Under the pieces are notes generated by a model. The model searched no databases and had not been told where the DNA came from. It saw only the letters and a list, made by a program, of their open reading frames with translations. This document shows, one piece after another, positions 19,783 to 30,300 of a stretch of 64,000 nucleotides of DNA (within the stretch, counting starts at the first letter, position 1; the number at the start of each line of letters is the position of its first letter). The position numbers and the translations under genes are program-made. Source of the stretch: an uncultured Verrucomicrobiae bacterium (lineage in GTDB: Bacteria; Verrucomicrobiota; Verrucomicrobiia; Limisphaerales; JAFGQR01); contig CAWBHS010000049.1 in the NCBI GenBank assembly GCA_963788655.1, forward strand, positions 160,001 through 224,000, read 5' to 3'.

Positions 19783-21210
19783 ATGCAGAAATTAAATCGA
19801 CGATCCTTCCTCGGTTACGCTGCTGCCGGTGCGGCCGCTGCCAGCGTCAACTTCACCTCCACCAAATCCTACGGTCGAATCCTCAGCGCCAACGACACCG
19901 TCAATGTCGGCGTGGTCGGCATTCACGGACGCGGCGGTTCGCACATCAGCGAATTCGGCAAGCTGGACAAGGTGCGCGTGGCCGCCCTGTGCGACGTGGA
20001 CCTCAACGTGCTCAACGGCAAAGCCAAGAAAATGGACGGCGTCAAGTCCTATCAGGACGTCCGGCAATTGCTTGACGACAAGGACATTGACGTCATCTCC
20101 GTTGCCACCCCGAACCACTGGCATTCGCTGATCACCGTCTGGGCCTGCCAGGCAGGCAAGGACGTGTATGTGGAGAAACCGTGCAGTCACAATGTTTTTG
20201 AAGGCCGCAAATGCGTCGAGGCCGCGCGCAAATACCAGCGCATGGTGCAGCACGGCACCCAAAGCCGTTCCGATGGCAGGCACGCTAAACTGGCGGCGAT
20301 TGTCAAAAGCGGCAAATACGGCAAGCTGCTCGTCTCGAAAGGCTATTGCTGCAAGCCCCGCTGGTCCATCGGCTACAAACCGTTTAAGACGCCGCCCACC
20401 ACGCTGGACTTCAACATCTGGCTCGGGCCGGCGGCGCTGCAGTCCTACCACGAAAATCTCGTCCACTACAACTGGCACTGGTTTTGGGACTTCGGCAATG
20501 GCGACATGGGCAACCAAGGCGTACACGAAATGGACAAAGCCCGGTGGTATCTGGGCGGCACCCTGCCGCGCAACGTAATCAGCCTCGGCGGCCGTTGGGT
20601 CAATGAACCGGATTTCCGCGACCAGGGCCAAACCCCCAACCAGATTGTTTCCGTGTTCGATTACGGCGAGTCATTGGTTCTGTTCGAAACCCGCGGCTTG
20701 GTGGGCAAACTCAAAGAGTATCCGAACAAGGTGGACAACGAACTTTATTTCGAGGAAGGCGTCGTCAAAGGCGGGAAGTTTTATCCGAAAGGCCAGAACA
20801 AAAGCCAGCCGCTGGTGGACGTGGAGTATTCCATTAATCCGGGGAACAACTTCGGCAACTTCATCAACTGCGTGCGCAGCCGGAGAAGAGAGGAACTGAA
20901 CGCAGAAATCGAACAAGGCCACCTGTCCGCCGCCCTGTGTCACTTGGGCAACATCTCCTACCGCATGGGCGGTCCGGCGAAGTTCGAATCCCCGAAGGAC
21001 TTCAGCGACAACCAGGTGGTTGGCGACAGCGTCATGACTCTCCTGGACAATACCAAGGCCATCGGCGTCGAGCCGGAGAAGACCATTCTGTGGGTCGGCC
21101 CGAAACTGGAATTTGATCCGGCGAACGAAAAGTTTGTCAACAATCAGGCCGCCGACTTCTTCCTTTCGCGACCGTATCGTCCGCCCTTCGTGGTGCCGGA
21201 AAACGTGTAA
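19783..21210 (+). CDS. Tat-exported Gfo/Idh/MocA oxidoreductase
   Basis: NRRSFL twin-arginine signal; GIHGRG; ATPNHWH; YVEKP; NQGVHEMD. Confidence 0.93.
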   Translation: MQKLNRRSFLGYAAAGAAAASVNFTSTKSYGRILSANDTVNVGVVGIHGRGGSHISEFGKLDKVRVAALCDVDLNVLNGKAKKMDGVKSYQDVRQLLDDKDIDVISVATPNHWHSLITVWACQAGKDVYVEKPCSHNVFEGRKCVEAARKYQRMVQHGTQSRSDGRHAKLAAIVKSGKYGKLLVSKGYCCKPRWSIGYKPFKTPPTTLDFNIWLGPAALQSYHENLVHYNWHWFWDFGNGDMGNQGVHEMDKARWYLGGTLPRNVISLGGRWVNEPDFRDQGQTPNQIVSVFDYGESLVLFETRGLVGKLKEYPNKVDNELYFEEGVVKGGKFYPKGQNKSQPLVDVEYSINPGNNFGNFINCVRSRRREELNAEIEQGHLSAALCHLGNISYRMGGPAKFESPKDFSDNQVVGDSVMTLLDNTKAIGVEPEKTILWVGPKLEFDPANEKFVNNQAADFFLSRPYRPPFVVPENV

Positions 21211-21230
21211 TCAATCACTGCCAATCCGCC

Positions 21231-21271
21231 AACGGCGTGCCTCGGGGAACGGGGCACGCCGTTTGTCTTTT
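21231..21271 (+). terminator. Intrinsic terminator
   Basis: AACGGCGTGCC...GGCACGCCGTT then TGTCTTTT. Confidence 0.8.
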
Positions 21272-21554
21272 GCGTGAACCGTGACGATTCAGTTCAATAC
21301 CGAGCGGATACGAATCAACACGACTGAACCGGCAAAAGATTGTGACGCCAAATAGCTGGTGGAAAACGTCGCCAGGCCCGGTCCAATACAAAGGATGCAA
21401 TTCAAGCTTTCCGAGCTGGCAAGATGGGGTGAGTTTGGAGCGCGCGCGGTCTGGTTCGCGTGGCCGCAGGGGCCAATGCAAAAGCGACTGGGCTGCGGCG
21501 GTTCCACTTAGTTAATGATTTGATCTTGAACGGCAAATGAGGTAAGGAACCGCT

Positions 21555-23249
21555 ATGAAGATACCGAAAAGCCTGATTTTGACGGCGCTTTTAGGACTCA
21601 GCATGACCGGGCTCCTGGCCCAGGAGCAAAAGGCTTCCGATGAGGAAATGAAGAAGGCCTTGGAGTTGTTACGCAAATCCGAGACGGAAACGGTCGCCAC
21701 CAACCAAAGCCTCCAACTCAAAACGCCGGTCCAGCCTGAGGTATCGGGTGAGCAGATGAAGCAAGCTGTGGATATGCTACGCCAAGCTGAAGCCGCAACG
21801 ACCACCAACCAACCTTCAGCCCAACCGGCAGCAGCCGCAATCAACCTCACGCCGTCCGAGGCGGTTCCGACGGATGAGGCCGGCAAGGAGCAGCGCCTCA
21901 ACGAACTCTTGCAGATGTATCTCAGTGACCAGATCAGCTCGGCGGAATATCATCGAAAACGCGCCGAGTTGATGCAGCCACCCGAAGGTTTCCGCCCGGT
22001 CCTGCGCCCCCCCAAACCCAAGGTTCAACCGCCGACTTCCGTTCCCAGCGATGTCCTTAAAGTTTTGCAAACCGCTTCCTCAGCCGGAGCCGCTGCGGTC
22101 AATGCCACCACTGCCCCGGCGCTTACGGCTGGCAACGCCCTCGAAGCCGGGCTCGTTCCGGGTGCCGATTTTGTGGTGCGCGTGGATTTCAAGTCGGCCC
22201 GACGAGCCCCGATCTTCAGGACCTTCAAGGCCATGGAAGAAAATCAACCGGCGACAGGAAATCTCCCGGGAGCCGAACTTGCCGACATGGGCAAGGAACT
22301 GACCAAGAAGCTGGGCATCACCGAAGACGACCTCGAGAGCATCGTGTTTTCAGTGGATCTGGACAGTATTAAGATGGGGCCGATGGGGCCGGATCCGGAG
22401 TCGCTGAACACCGTCCAAGGCGTGTTGGCCGTCCAGCTATCGAAAACCCTTTCCGCGGCGCAAATCAAAAAGGCTCTTCAAGATCTCGCCGGGGCGCAGT
22501 CCGGAGCCGATGCCATAAAGATTGCGGAGGATAAGATCGGTAAAACGGACGTACTCGTGTTGAGTTCCGAAAAGGAGAGCGATCCGCCAATATATGTCGC
22601 CGCGCCGGGAGGGAAGACGCTTTACCTTGGGCTCAACCAAGCCAGTGTCAAGGGAGCGATCGGGCGGGCGAACGGCCACCCGGCCGAACTCGAAGGCGCA
22701 CTGGCCGGCGTCATGAATTCCATCGCCAATGACGCCCAGTTGAAACTTGGTTTCGTGATTCCCAAAGCGCTGAAAGATCTGTTGGCCAACTTCACGAAAG
22801 ATGCCGGGACCGGCCCCGGCGCCATGCTGTCGAGTTTCAAAGACATTCAGAGCATCTCGCTCGGCGTGACGCTGGGAAGAGATATGAAGTTGAAATTGGC
22901 TGGTGACCTCGGCAATGCCGACGCGGCCAGTGGGGTCAGCAGTCTGCTGAGCATGCTCAAGCCGCAGTTCAAAGCCGCGGTGGCGCAACAGACGGGCAAG
23001 TCGGCCGAACAAATTCCCGACAACGCCCTGACCTCCAGTGCGCAGGGCAGCGTGCTGACTATCTCGCTAACATTGGACGAAGGTTTGCTCAAGGCCATGA
23101 ATGCCAATAAACCCAAGACCAACAATGCCACCAGCCCCAATAAGCCCAAGGCTAACAATGCCACCAGCGCCAGTAAACCCAGAGCGAACAATCCCAGGCC
23201 GCAGGCGCCGCGCCGCAAAGCGGGTCCCCGAGGGCAAAAGAAACGTTGA
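21555..23249 (+). CDS. Secreted hypothetical protein with SHOCT-like segment and basic repetitive tail
   Basis: Signal peptide; RLNELLQMYLSDQISSAEYHRKRAEL; SD AAGGA. Confidence 0.8.
   Translation: MKIPKSLILTALLGLSMTGLLAQEQKASDEEMKKALELLRKSETETVATNQSLQLKTPVQPEVSGEQMKQAVDMLRQAEAATTTNQPSAQPAAAAINLTPSEAVPTDEAGKEQRLNELLQMYLSDQISSAEYHRKRAELMQPPEGFRPVLRPPKPKVQPPTSVPSDVLKVLQTASSAGAAAVNATTAPALTAGNALEAGLVPGADFVVRVDFKSARRAPIFRTFKAMEENQPATGNLPGAELADMGKELTKKLGITEDDLESIVFSVDLDSIKMGPMGPDPESLNTVQGVLAVQLSKTLSAAQIKKALQDLAGAQSGADAIKIAEDKIGKTDVLVLSSEKESDPPIYVAAPGGKTLYLGLNQASVKGAIGRANGHPAELEGALAGVMNSIANDAQLKLGFVIPKALKDLLANFTKDAGTGPGAMLSSFKDIQSISLGVTLGRDMKLKLAGDLGNADAASGVSSLLSMLKPQFKAAVAQQTGKSAEQIPDNALTSSAQGSVLTISLTLDEGLLKAMNANKPKTNNATSPNKPKANNATSASKPRANNPRPQAPRRKAGPRGQKKR
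23106..23198 (+). repeat. In-frame 33-bp tandem repeat, ~2.8 copies
   Basis: NKPKTNNATSP / NKPKANNATSA / SKPRANNPR. Confidence 0.85.
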
Positions 23250-23330
23250 GCTGTACCACTGGTTTTGCGCAGCTACGATGTTGTTTGCAGTTCGCCAGCG
23301 TCGGCCAGTTGCTTCGGATTATCGCGAATC

Positions 23331-23431
23331 GTTTGGAGTCCGAAGATTCGGTTGCAGGGAGATGCGTTGGGCCAAGAGTGGCGTCTTTAAAACCATGGGG
23401 CGTTGCGCCGCCTGAAGGCGGGACTCCAAAC
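23331..23431. repeat. REP-like inverted doublet between convergent genes
   Basis: GTTTGGAGTCC ... CCGCCTGAAGGCG-GGACTCCAAAC. Confidence 0.6.
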
Positions 23432-23573
23432 GGGGCTGGGCTTGCGCCGCCGGCGCATCAAGCGGCGACAGGAACCGGGCGCAGACAATGAGCACCGGGA
23501 CAATGATCCGGAGATTTGTTTTCATGGTGAACGAATTGAGTAACTGGGGATGAACCAAGGCTGCCACCGGCGG

Positions 23574-24347
23574 TTACGACCGTGTTCTCCGCAACAGCCC
23601 CTTGGCGCGCCATACCCACACCCGCTCCCGTTTGCGCTGGAAGGCGGGCGCATGGGGCGCATCACTGATCACTTCCTCCAACACTTGGCGGGCGCGGTCG
23701 GTTTGGTTTTTCGCCAGATATAATTCGGCCAGTTGCACCCGGGCACGGGCGTAACTGTGATTTTCCGTAACCCGTTCCCAGGTGGCGATGGCGGCGTCGG
23801 ATTCGCCCAACGCTGCCAGCGTTTCCGCGAGCGCCATCAGGGAATGGCCGTAGTCGTGTTTGGGATCTTCGGCGCAGACACCTTCCAACAGCGGGCGCGC
23901 TTCGGCCGGACGTTTTTGGCGCAGCAGGCAATGGCCGAAGTGGGCGCGCGTGTCAATGTCCTGCGGATCCCGTTCGAGGGCGGCGAGAAAACAGGCTTCG
24001 GCTTTGTCCAGCTTGCCCTGGTGCAGGTAAATGTCCCCGAGTTGGGCGTGATGATGGGCCTTGTCGAGATGGTAAATTTGAGCTTGGAGTTCCTTGATGC
24101 GCCGGCGGTCGTAAGCTCCCGGTAATTCGAATCCACGCAGGTTGGAGGAAGACGCCCGATAGCAATAAAAGAAATACAAGAACGTGGCGAACCCGGGGAA
24201 CACAAACATCGCGACAAACCACAACCACTCTCCGTTGCGCGCCGCGTCCACCAACATCCACACTTGAAACACCACCAACACCAACGTCAACGGAGAGGCC
24301 AACCAATACCGGAGGTTCTCCCAACCGATTATCGCAAAAGCCGCCAT
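23574..24347 (-). CDS. Membrane-anchored tetratricopeptide-repeat protein
   Basis: Two N-terminal TM segments; TPR helices (LGDIYLHQGKLDKAEACF, LAELYLAKNQTDRA). Confidence 0.85.
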   Translation of the reverse strand: MAAFAIIGWENLRYWLASPLTLVLVVFQVWMLVDAARNGEWLWFVAMFVFPGFATFLYFFYCYRASSSNLRGFELPGAYDRRRIKELQAQIYHLDKAHHHAQLGDIYLHQGKLDKAEACFLAALERDPQDIDTRAHFGHCLLRQKRPAEARPLLEGVCAEDPKHDYGHSLMALAETLAALGESDAAIATWERVTENHSYARARVQLAELYLAKNQTDRARQVLEEVISDAPHAPAFQRKRERVWVWRAKGLLRRTRS

Positions 24348-24518
24348 ACGCGAGGAAGGTTACAAAATGACGCCGGGCTTGACCAGTGAGGAATGTGCGA
24401 GTGAGGAATGTGCGAGTGAAACAGCGGATTTGAAGACCGATGACCGAAGGTCGATTTCCGAGCCCTGGATCCCGTCCTCGCGAATTCAGTGTTCCCTATC
24501 GCTCCTTCCGGGTTCACA

Positions 24519-25985
24519 ATGCGCTCCAATATGCTGGATTTGATTCCCAACGAACTGAAAAACGTCCTCCAGGAAGCGGCCGAGTTGCGGCAAGCATATC
24601 TCGTGGGCGGTTGTGTGCGAGATTGGCTCCTGGGACACCAGCCGAAGGATTTTGACGTCGAAGTCTATGGGGTTTCCTACGACGAACTGGCCGCCGGGTT
24701 GTCTCGTTGGGGGCGGACCGACCTGGTTGGCCGTTCTTTTGGTGTCCTGAAAGTTACCTTCCGGCCCGGCCAGACATTTGATTTCAGTATTCCCCGACGC
24801 GATTCAAAAGTCGCGCCCGGCCACAAAGGATTTGCCGTCGCGTTCGATCCTGCCATCACCCCGGAGACGGCCGCCGCACGGCGCGATTTCACGATCAACG
24901 CGTTGATGTTTGATCCCCGCTCCGGGCAGGTCTTGGATTTCTTCGGCGGCCGGGCGGATTTGAAGAACCACATCCTTCGCCACCCCTCGGCGGCGTTCGC
25001 TGAAGACCCCTTGCGCGTACTGCGCGGCATGCAATTCGCCGCCCGTTTTGGACTCCACGCCGCTCCGGAAACCATTGATCTCTGCCGCCGCATCAAAACC
25101 GGCTACCGCGAACTGGCCGTCGAACGGGTGCGGGAAGAGTGGTTCAAATGGGCCGCCCAAGGCACCGTGCCGTCCGCCGGACTGCGGTTCCTGGCGGACA
25201 CGGAATGGATCGAACATTTCCCGGAAGTCCAGGCTCTGATCGGCGTTCCCCAAGAACCCGAATGGCACCCCGAAGGCGATGTGTTTGTCCACACCTGCCA
25301 TGGTTGCGACGCCTTGGCGAAACTGCCCGAGTGGCAGCAGGCCGACGAAGAATCCCGCATCATCTATATGCTGGCGGTGCTGGCGCACGACTTCGGCAAA
25401 CCGTCCTGCACCCAGGAAGCCTTGAAAAATGGGCGCCAGCGCATTGTTTCACCCGGTCACGATGAAGCCGGGGTAGCGCTCGCCGCCAGTTTTCTCCAAC
25501 GCATCAATGCCCCCACCGCCATCCAGGAACGCGTCCCGCCACTGGTCGCCAATCACATGGCGCACCTGAACCCAATTACGGATCGTTACGTCCGGCGGTT
25601 GGCCAAACGCCTCGAACCGGCATCCATTGACGGCTTGTGTCTGGTGATCATCGCCGATTCCTCGGGCCGGCCGCCCTTGCCGGCGCACGTGCCCGAAGTT
25701 GTCACCGTCCTCCAAGCCAAAGCCGCCGAACTCCAAGTTCAGGCCGCCGCGCCGCGACCCATTTTGTTGGGCCGGCACCTGATCGAACTGGGTATGACTC
25801 CAGGCAAGGTCTTCGGCGCCATTCTGCACGATGCCTTCGAAGCCCAACTCGAAGGTTATTTCACCGATCTCGCCGGCGCCTGGCAGTGGCTGTCGGAACA
25901 GACCAGCCACCCGGTTCCGCCTGAAGCCCGGCAACACCTTCAGACGCAAATCCAATCAGCCAGCCAATCCGGAAATCCCGCGTGA
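24519..25985 (+). CDS. cca: CCA tRNA nucleotidyltransferase / poly(A) polymerase family protein with HD domain
   Basis: VGGCVRD..DFDVE; RRDFTINA; EDPLRVLR; HPEGDV; AHDFGK. Confidence 0.88.
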   Translation: MRSNMLDLIPNELKNVLQEAAELRQAYLVGGCVRDWLLGHQPKDFDVEVYGVSYDELAAGLSRWGRTDLVGRSFGVLKVTFRPGQTFDFSIPRRDSKVAPGHKGFAVAFDPAITPETAAARRDFTINALMFDPRSGQVLDFFGGRADLKNHILRHPSAAFAEDPLRVLRGMQFAARFGLHAAPETIDLCRRIKTGYRELAVERVREEWFKWAAQGTVPSAGLRFLADTEWIEHFPEVQALIGVPQEPEWHPEGDVFVHTCHGCDALAKLPEWQQADEESRIIYMLAVLAHDFGKPSCTQEALKNGRQRIVSPGHDEAGVALAASFLQRINAPTAIQERVPPLVANHMAHLNPITDRYVRRLAKRLEPASIDGLCLVIIADSSGRPPLPAHVPEVVTVLQAKAAELQVQAAAPRPILLGRHLIELGMTPGKVFGAILHDAFEAQLEGYFTDLAGAWQWLSEQTSHPVPPEARQHLQTQIQSASQSGNPA

Positions 25986-26016
25986 CGAAGTTCCAAGTAA
26001 TGTTATCTTGGCCATC

Positions 26017-26799
26017 ATGATTCGTAATTTGATAATCTCGGCCACCTGCCTGCTGTGTAATCCGCTGATGCTGCCTGCTGCCATGCATACCGAAACCATC
26101 GAATACCGGCACGGCGACACCGTCCTCGAGGGTTATCTTGCTTACGATGACACGCTGTCCGGCAAACGCCCGGCGGTGCTGATTGCGCACCAGTGGAAAG
26201 GACTGACCGATTACGAAAAGAAGCGCGCCGAAATGCTGGCCGAACTGGGCTACGTGGCGTTTGCCGCGGACATCTATGGCCAAGGTGTCCGCGCCACCAG
26301 TCCCCAGGAAGCCGGAAGACTCGCCGGCAAATACAAAAATGACCGCGCTCTGCTGCGGGGCCGCATCAACGCCGGACTCGATTACCTCAAACAACACGCG
26401 CGCGTCGATGTCAAGCGGGTGGCCGCCATCGGCTACTGCTTTGGCGGGACCGCCGTCCTGGAGTTGGCCCGCAGCGGTGCCGAACTCAAGGGCGTGGTGA
26501 CCTTTCATGGCGGACTTTCGACTACGATACCGGCCGACGCCCAGAACATCCGCTGCAAAATCCTGGCGTTGCACGGTGCTGATGATCCGCATGTCCCGCC
26601 CGCCGAAGTGGCGGGGTTCGAAGATGAAATGCGGAATGCTGGCGTCGATTGGCAACTCGTCAAATACGGCGGCGCCGTCCACAGCTTCACTGACTGGAAC
26701 GCCGGCACGGACAATTCCCGAGGAGCGGCCTACAACCAAAGAGCCGACCATCGCTCCTGGGAAGCCATGAAAATCTTCTTCGCCGAATTGTTTGAATAG
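26017..26799 (+). CDS. Dienelactone hydrolase family protein, signal peptide
   Basis: GYCFGG; HGADDP; AVHSFT. Confidence 0.93.
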   Translation: MIRNLIISATCLLCNPLMLPAAMHTETIEYRHGDTVLEGYLAYDDTLSGKRPAVLIAHQWKGLTDYEKKRAEMLAELGYVAFAADIYGQGVRATSPQEAGRLAGKYKNDRALLRGRINAGLDYLKQHARVDVKRVAAIGYCFGGTAVLELARSGAELKGVVTFHGGLSTTIPADAQNIRCKILALHGADDPHVPPAEVAGFEDEMRNAGVDWQLVKYGGAVHSFTDWNAGTDNSRGAAYNQRADHRSWEAMKIFFAELFE

Positions 26800-26973
26800 T
26801 TCGCCCCGCCAGAACTCGGTTAGTCTGACACTCCACATCGATTCAGTTGGGAAGGGGAGCGCGCCTGCCCGGGCGCTGTGGTTGGCGCCTCGCCAACCAC
26901 GCTCGATCAGAGCAACTGACTCACTATTCTGATCTCCGGCTTCGGCGTTCTGTCGGATATCAGACATTGGATT

Positions 26974-27002
26974 TTGGTCTGTCGCTCGGCAAAAAGTACT
27001 CT
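26974..27002 (+). promoter_or_regulatory. Candidate sigma70 promoter for giant gene 1
   Basis: TTGGTC, 17 nt, TACTCT. Confidence 0.4.
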
Positions 27003-27301
27003 TTAACCGGCATAATGGAGCTCTTGCCGGTGGCAGCGACTGAGAAACGAGCATCGACTTTGCCCGCTTTTCCCCGCCTTTCTGCGCCGCCTACTCCGGC
27101 AACAGCCGTGCCGTACCGGCAGAACTCGCGCTCAACTGCCTGAGAGTCAATGACGATAGAGCAAAGAGAAAACGCGAGATAGTCCATTGATTTTTGAAGC
27201 GCAATAAGTACCATAGCAACGATTCCGGTACCCGAATAAAACCGTTACCACATAGTCGTATTGTAGTTGTAACCAGCAGTCCAGAAGTGTCTTCAAGCCT
27301 T

Positions 27302-30300
27302 ATGTATAATCCTCACTGTTCCTTCCTGACTTCCGGACCACCTCTTCAATCAACCGCCCGCCAAGGGAGGCGGTCACTCCTGCTAATACTGTGTATGCTG
27401 GTGGGATTGGGAGCAGCGCGCCTGTCGCTGGAAGCCGCGGAAGCCGATCTGAGCATCGCTTGCCCGGACCAAGCCGCCCCCGTAAACATCAACAGCGCCG
27501 TTACGTACACGATTGGGGTCACCAATCTCGGAGCTTCAGCCGCAACCAGCGTGCAGGTGACCGACGTGCTCCCGCTTCCATTTGCCTTCGTCTCGGCCAA
27601 TGCCAGCCAGGGAAGCTGCAGCCAGCAAAACGGCACGGTCGTTTGCAACCTGGGCGACTTGGGCGTCAGTGCCACCGCGACCATCACCGTGGTCGCAACC
27701 GCCCAACGCAGCGGGGTGTACGCGAACGAGGTTTCTGTGGTTGCCAATGAAACCGATCCAGTTCCCAACAACAACCTCGCGAGTGGCAACGCTACGGTGA
27801 TTCTGCCTGCCGTTTCGTTTGCCACCGGCGAAACCATTTTGCTGGGGGACATACTTCCCGGCGCGGCGACTCCCTATCCGTCCACGATCACCGTCTCCGG
27901 TCTGACTTCCACCGTGTACAAAGTCACCGCGACCCTTCGGAATCTGGCCCACGATTACCCCCAAGATGTCGATGTGTTGCTGGTCGGTCCGCAAGGACAA
28001 AGCGTGCTATTGATGTCCGACGCCGGCGGCCCAGACGCCATCACCAACGTCACCCTCACCTTCGACAGCGCCGCCATCGACTTGGTCCCGAGACTGGATG
28101 CAGTTCTTTCGGGCACGTACCGGCCCACCGACTACGGCACCACCGTAGGCGACACAGCGGATAATTTTCCCGCCCCGGCCCCCGGGCGTCCGTGGGGCTC
28201 GGCGATGACGGTGTTCAACGGCACCAATCCCAACGGCGTATGGTCGCTCTACGTGGTGGATGATCTTTCGGAGTACGGTGGCAGTCTCGAGAACGGCTGG
28301 AGTCTTAACATCCAAACGGTTTCGCCGCTGAACGATTTGGGAGTCGCTCTAGTTGCCCAACCGGATTCCATCGCCGTGGGAGCCGACCTCACCTATTCCC
28401 TGGCCGTCAGCAACCAAGGTCCGGCGTCGGCCATCAATGTCGTGGTCACCAATCGTCTGCCAGACAATGTGAATTTCGTTTCGGCCACGGCCAGCCAGGG
28501 GAGTTGCTCGCAAGCGGGCGGTGTGGTGACTTGCACGATTGGCAACCTGGGAGTCAACGGCATCGCAACCGTGGAAATTATCGTTACTACAACGACGACG
28601 GGCAACCTTACCGCAACCGTCGGCGTCACCGCCCTCAACACCGATCCCAACTTAGCCAACAACGGCGCCACTGCAACCACCGCCGTTCTGAACCCGCCGA
28701 TGATCGTCACCTCGCCCACCAGCTTGACCCGTGTGCCGGGGCAATCGGCAGCGTTCACTGTCACGGCCACCGGTGATTCACTCAGCTACCAATGGCAAAA
28801 AGGAGGCGTTGACGTGTCTGGCGCCACCGCAGCGACGCTGACATTTGATCCCGTGCAACTGGCGGACGCCGGCGACTACACCGTGCGCGTCAGCAATCCG
28901 GTCGGCACCGTGGTGAGCGATCCGGCGACCTTGACGGTCCAGGCGCCGCCGCCCATTACGTCGCCGCCGCAGAGCCGGACCAACATTGCGGGCACTACGG
29001 CGACCTTCACCGTGGTTTCCTCAAATCCCGGTCCCCTGACTTACGCCTGGTATTTCCAAGGAACTCAACTACTGCCTGGCGCCGATACGGCCACCCTGAC
29101 CTTGCCCAATGTGCAGTTGGCCAGCGCTGGAGCCTATCATGTTGTCGTGACCGGTCCCGGCGGCAGCTCGACGAGCAGCACCGCCAACCTGACCGTGTGG
29201 GAAGTGGACTTTGGCGATGCCCCGGCTCCGTACCCAACGCTCCTGGCCAACGACGGTGCCCGCCACATTCTTGTGCCGGGCGTTTTCCTGGGGCTGCGGG
29301 TGGATCATGAAACTGATGGCGCACCATCGGCGGATGCCTTGGGTGACGACAGTGCCGGTTCACCTGACGATGAGGATGGCGTGACGTTGAACGGTCCCTG
29401 GCTTGCGGGTCAGACCGTTTCGATCACCGTCGTTGCTTCCGTGAGCGGCTCGTTAAACGCCTGGGCCGATTTCAATGGCAATGGAAGTTGGGCGGACGCG
29501 GGGGAACAAATCTTTGCGGACCAAATGCTGACCGCCGGAGCGAATGAATTGACGGTGGCAGTTCCGGCGGACGCGAATATGGGAACCTGTCTCGTGCGTT
29601 TCCGTTTCAACACGGCCGGCAACCTGTCCTTTGCCGGTCTGGCTCAAGACGGCGAAGTCGAGGACTACGCGGTGACCATCAACGCGTCGGCGGACGTGGC
29701 GATCACCGCCAGCGGTCTGCCGGCAACCATTCCTACCGGAAACAACCTGACCTTCAATCTGCTGGCCAACAACCAGGGTCTTTCAGCGGCTACCACCGTG
29801 CTGGTCACCAATTACCTGCCGACCGGGTTCAGTTTTGTTGCCGCCACCCCGAGCCAGGGCAGTTGCCAACAGGCCGACGGTATCGTGCGTTGCGATCTGG
29901 GAACTCTGGCGCCATCCGCCAGCGCGACCATTGCCATTGAAGTGCTTCCCGCCACCGCCGGGACATTTGACAACCGGGCTACGATTGTGGCGGCGCCGAC
30001 GGATCCGGTTTCCAATAACAACACGGCGTTAACCACCGTCATCGTGTTGGAGCCTCCCACCATTCTGACACCGCTTCAAAGCATCAATGCGACCAATGGG
30101 GACACGGTAATTTTCAGCGTGCAAGCCGGCGGGACTTCGCTGGCTTATCAATGGCAACGTAATGGGACCGATTTGCCTGAGGCCAGGAGCGCCACCCTGA
30201 CGCTGGATCCCGTGCAGCCCGGCGATGCGGGGGATTACACGGTTTCAGTCACCAACGACGTGGGCGCAGTCCTGAGTAGCGCGGCCACGCTGACCGTGGT

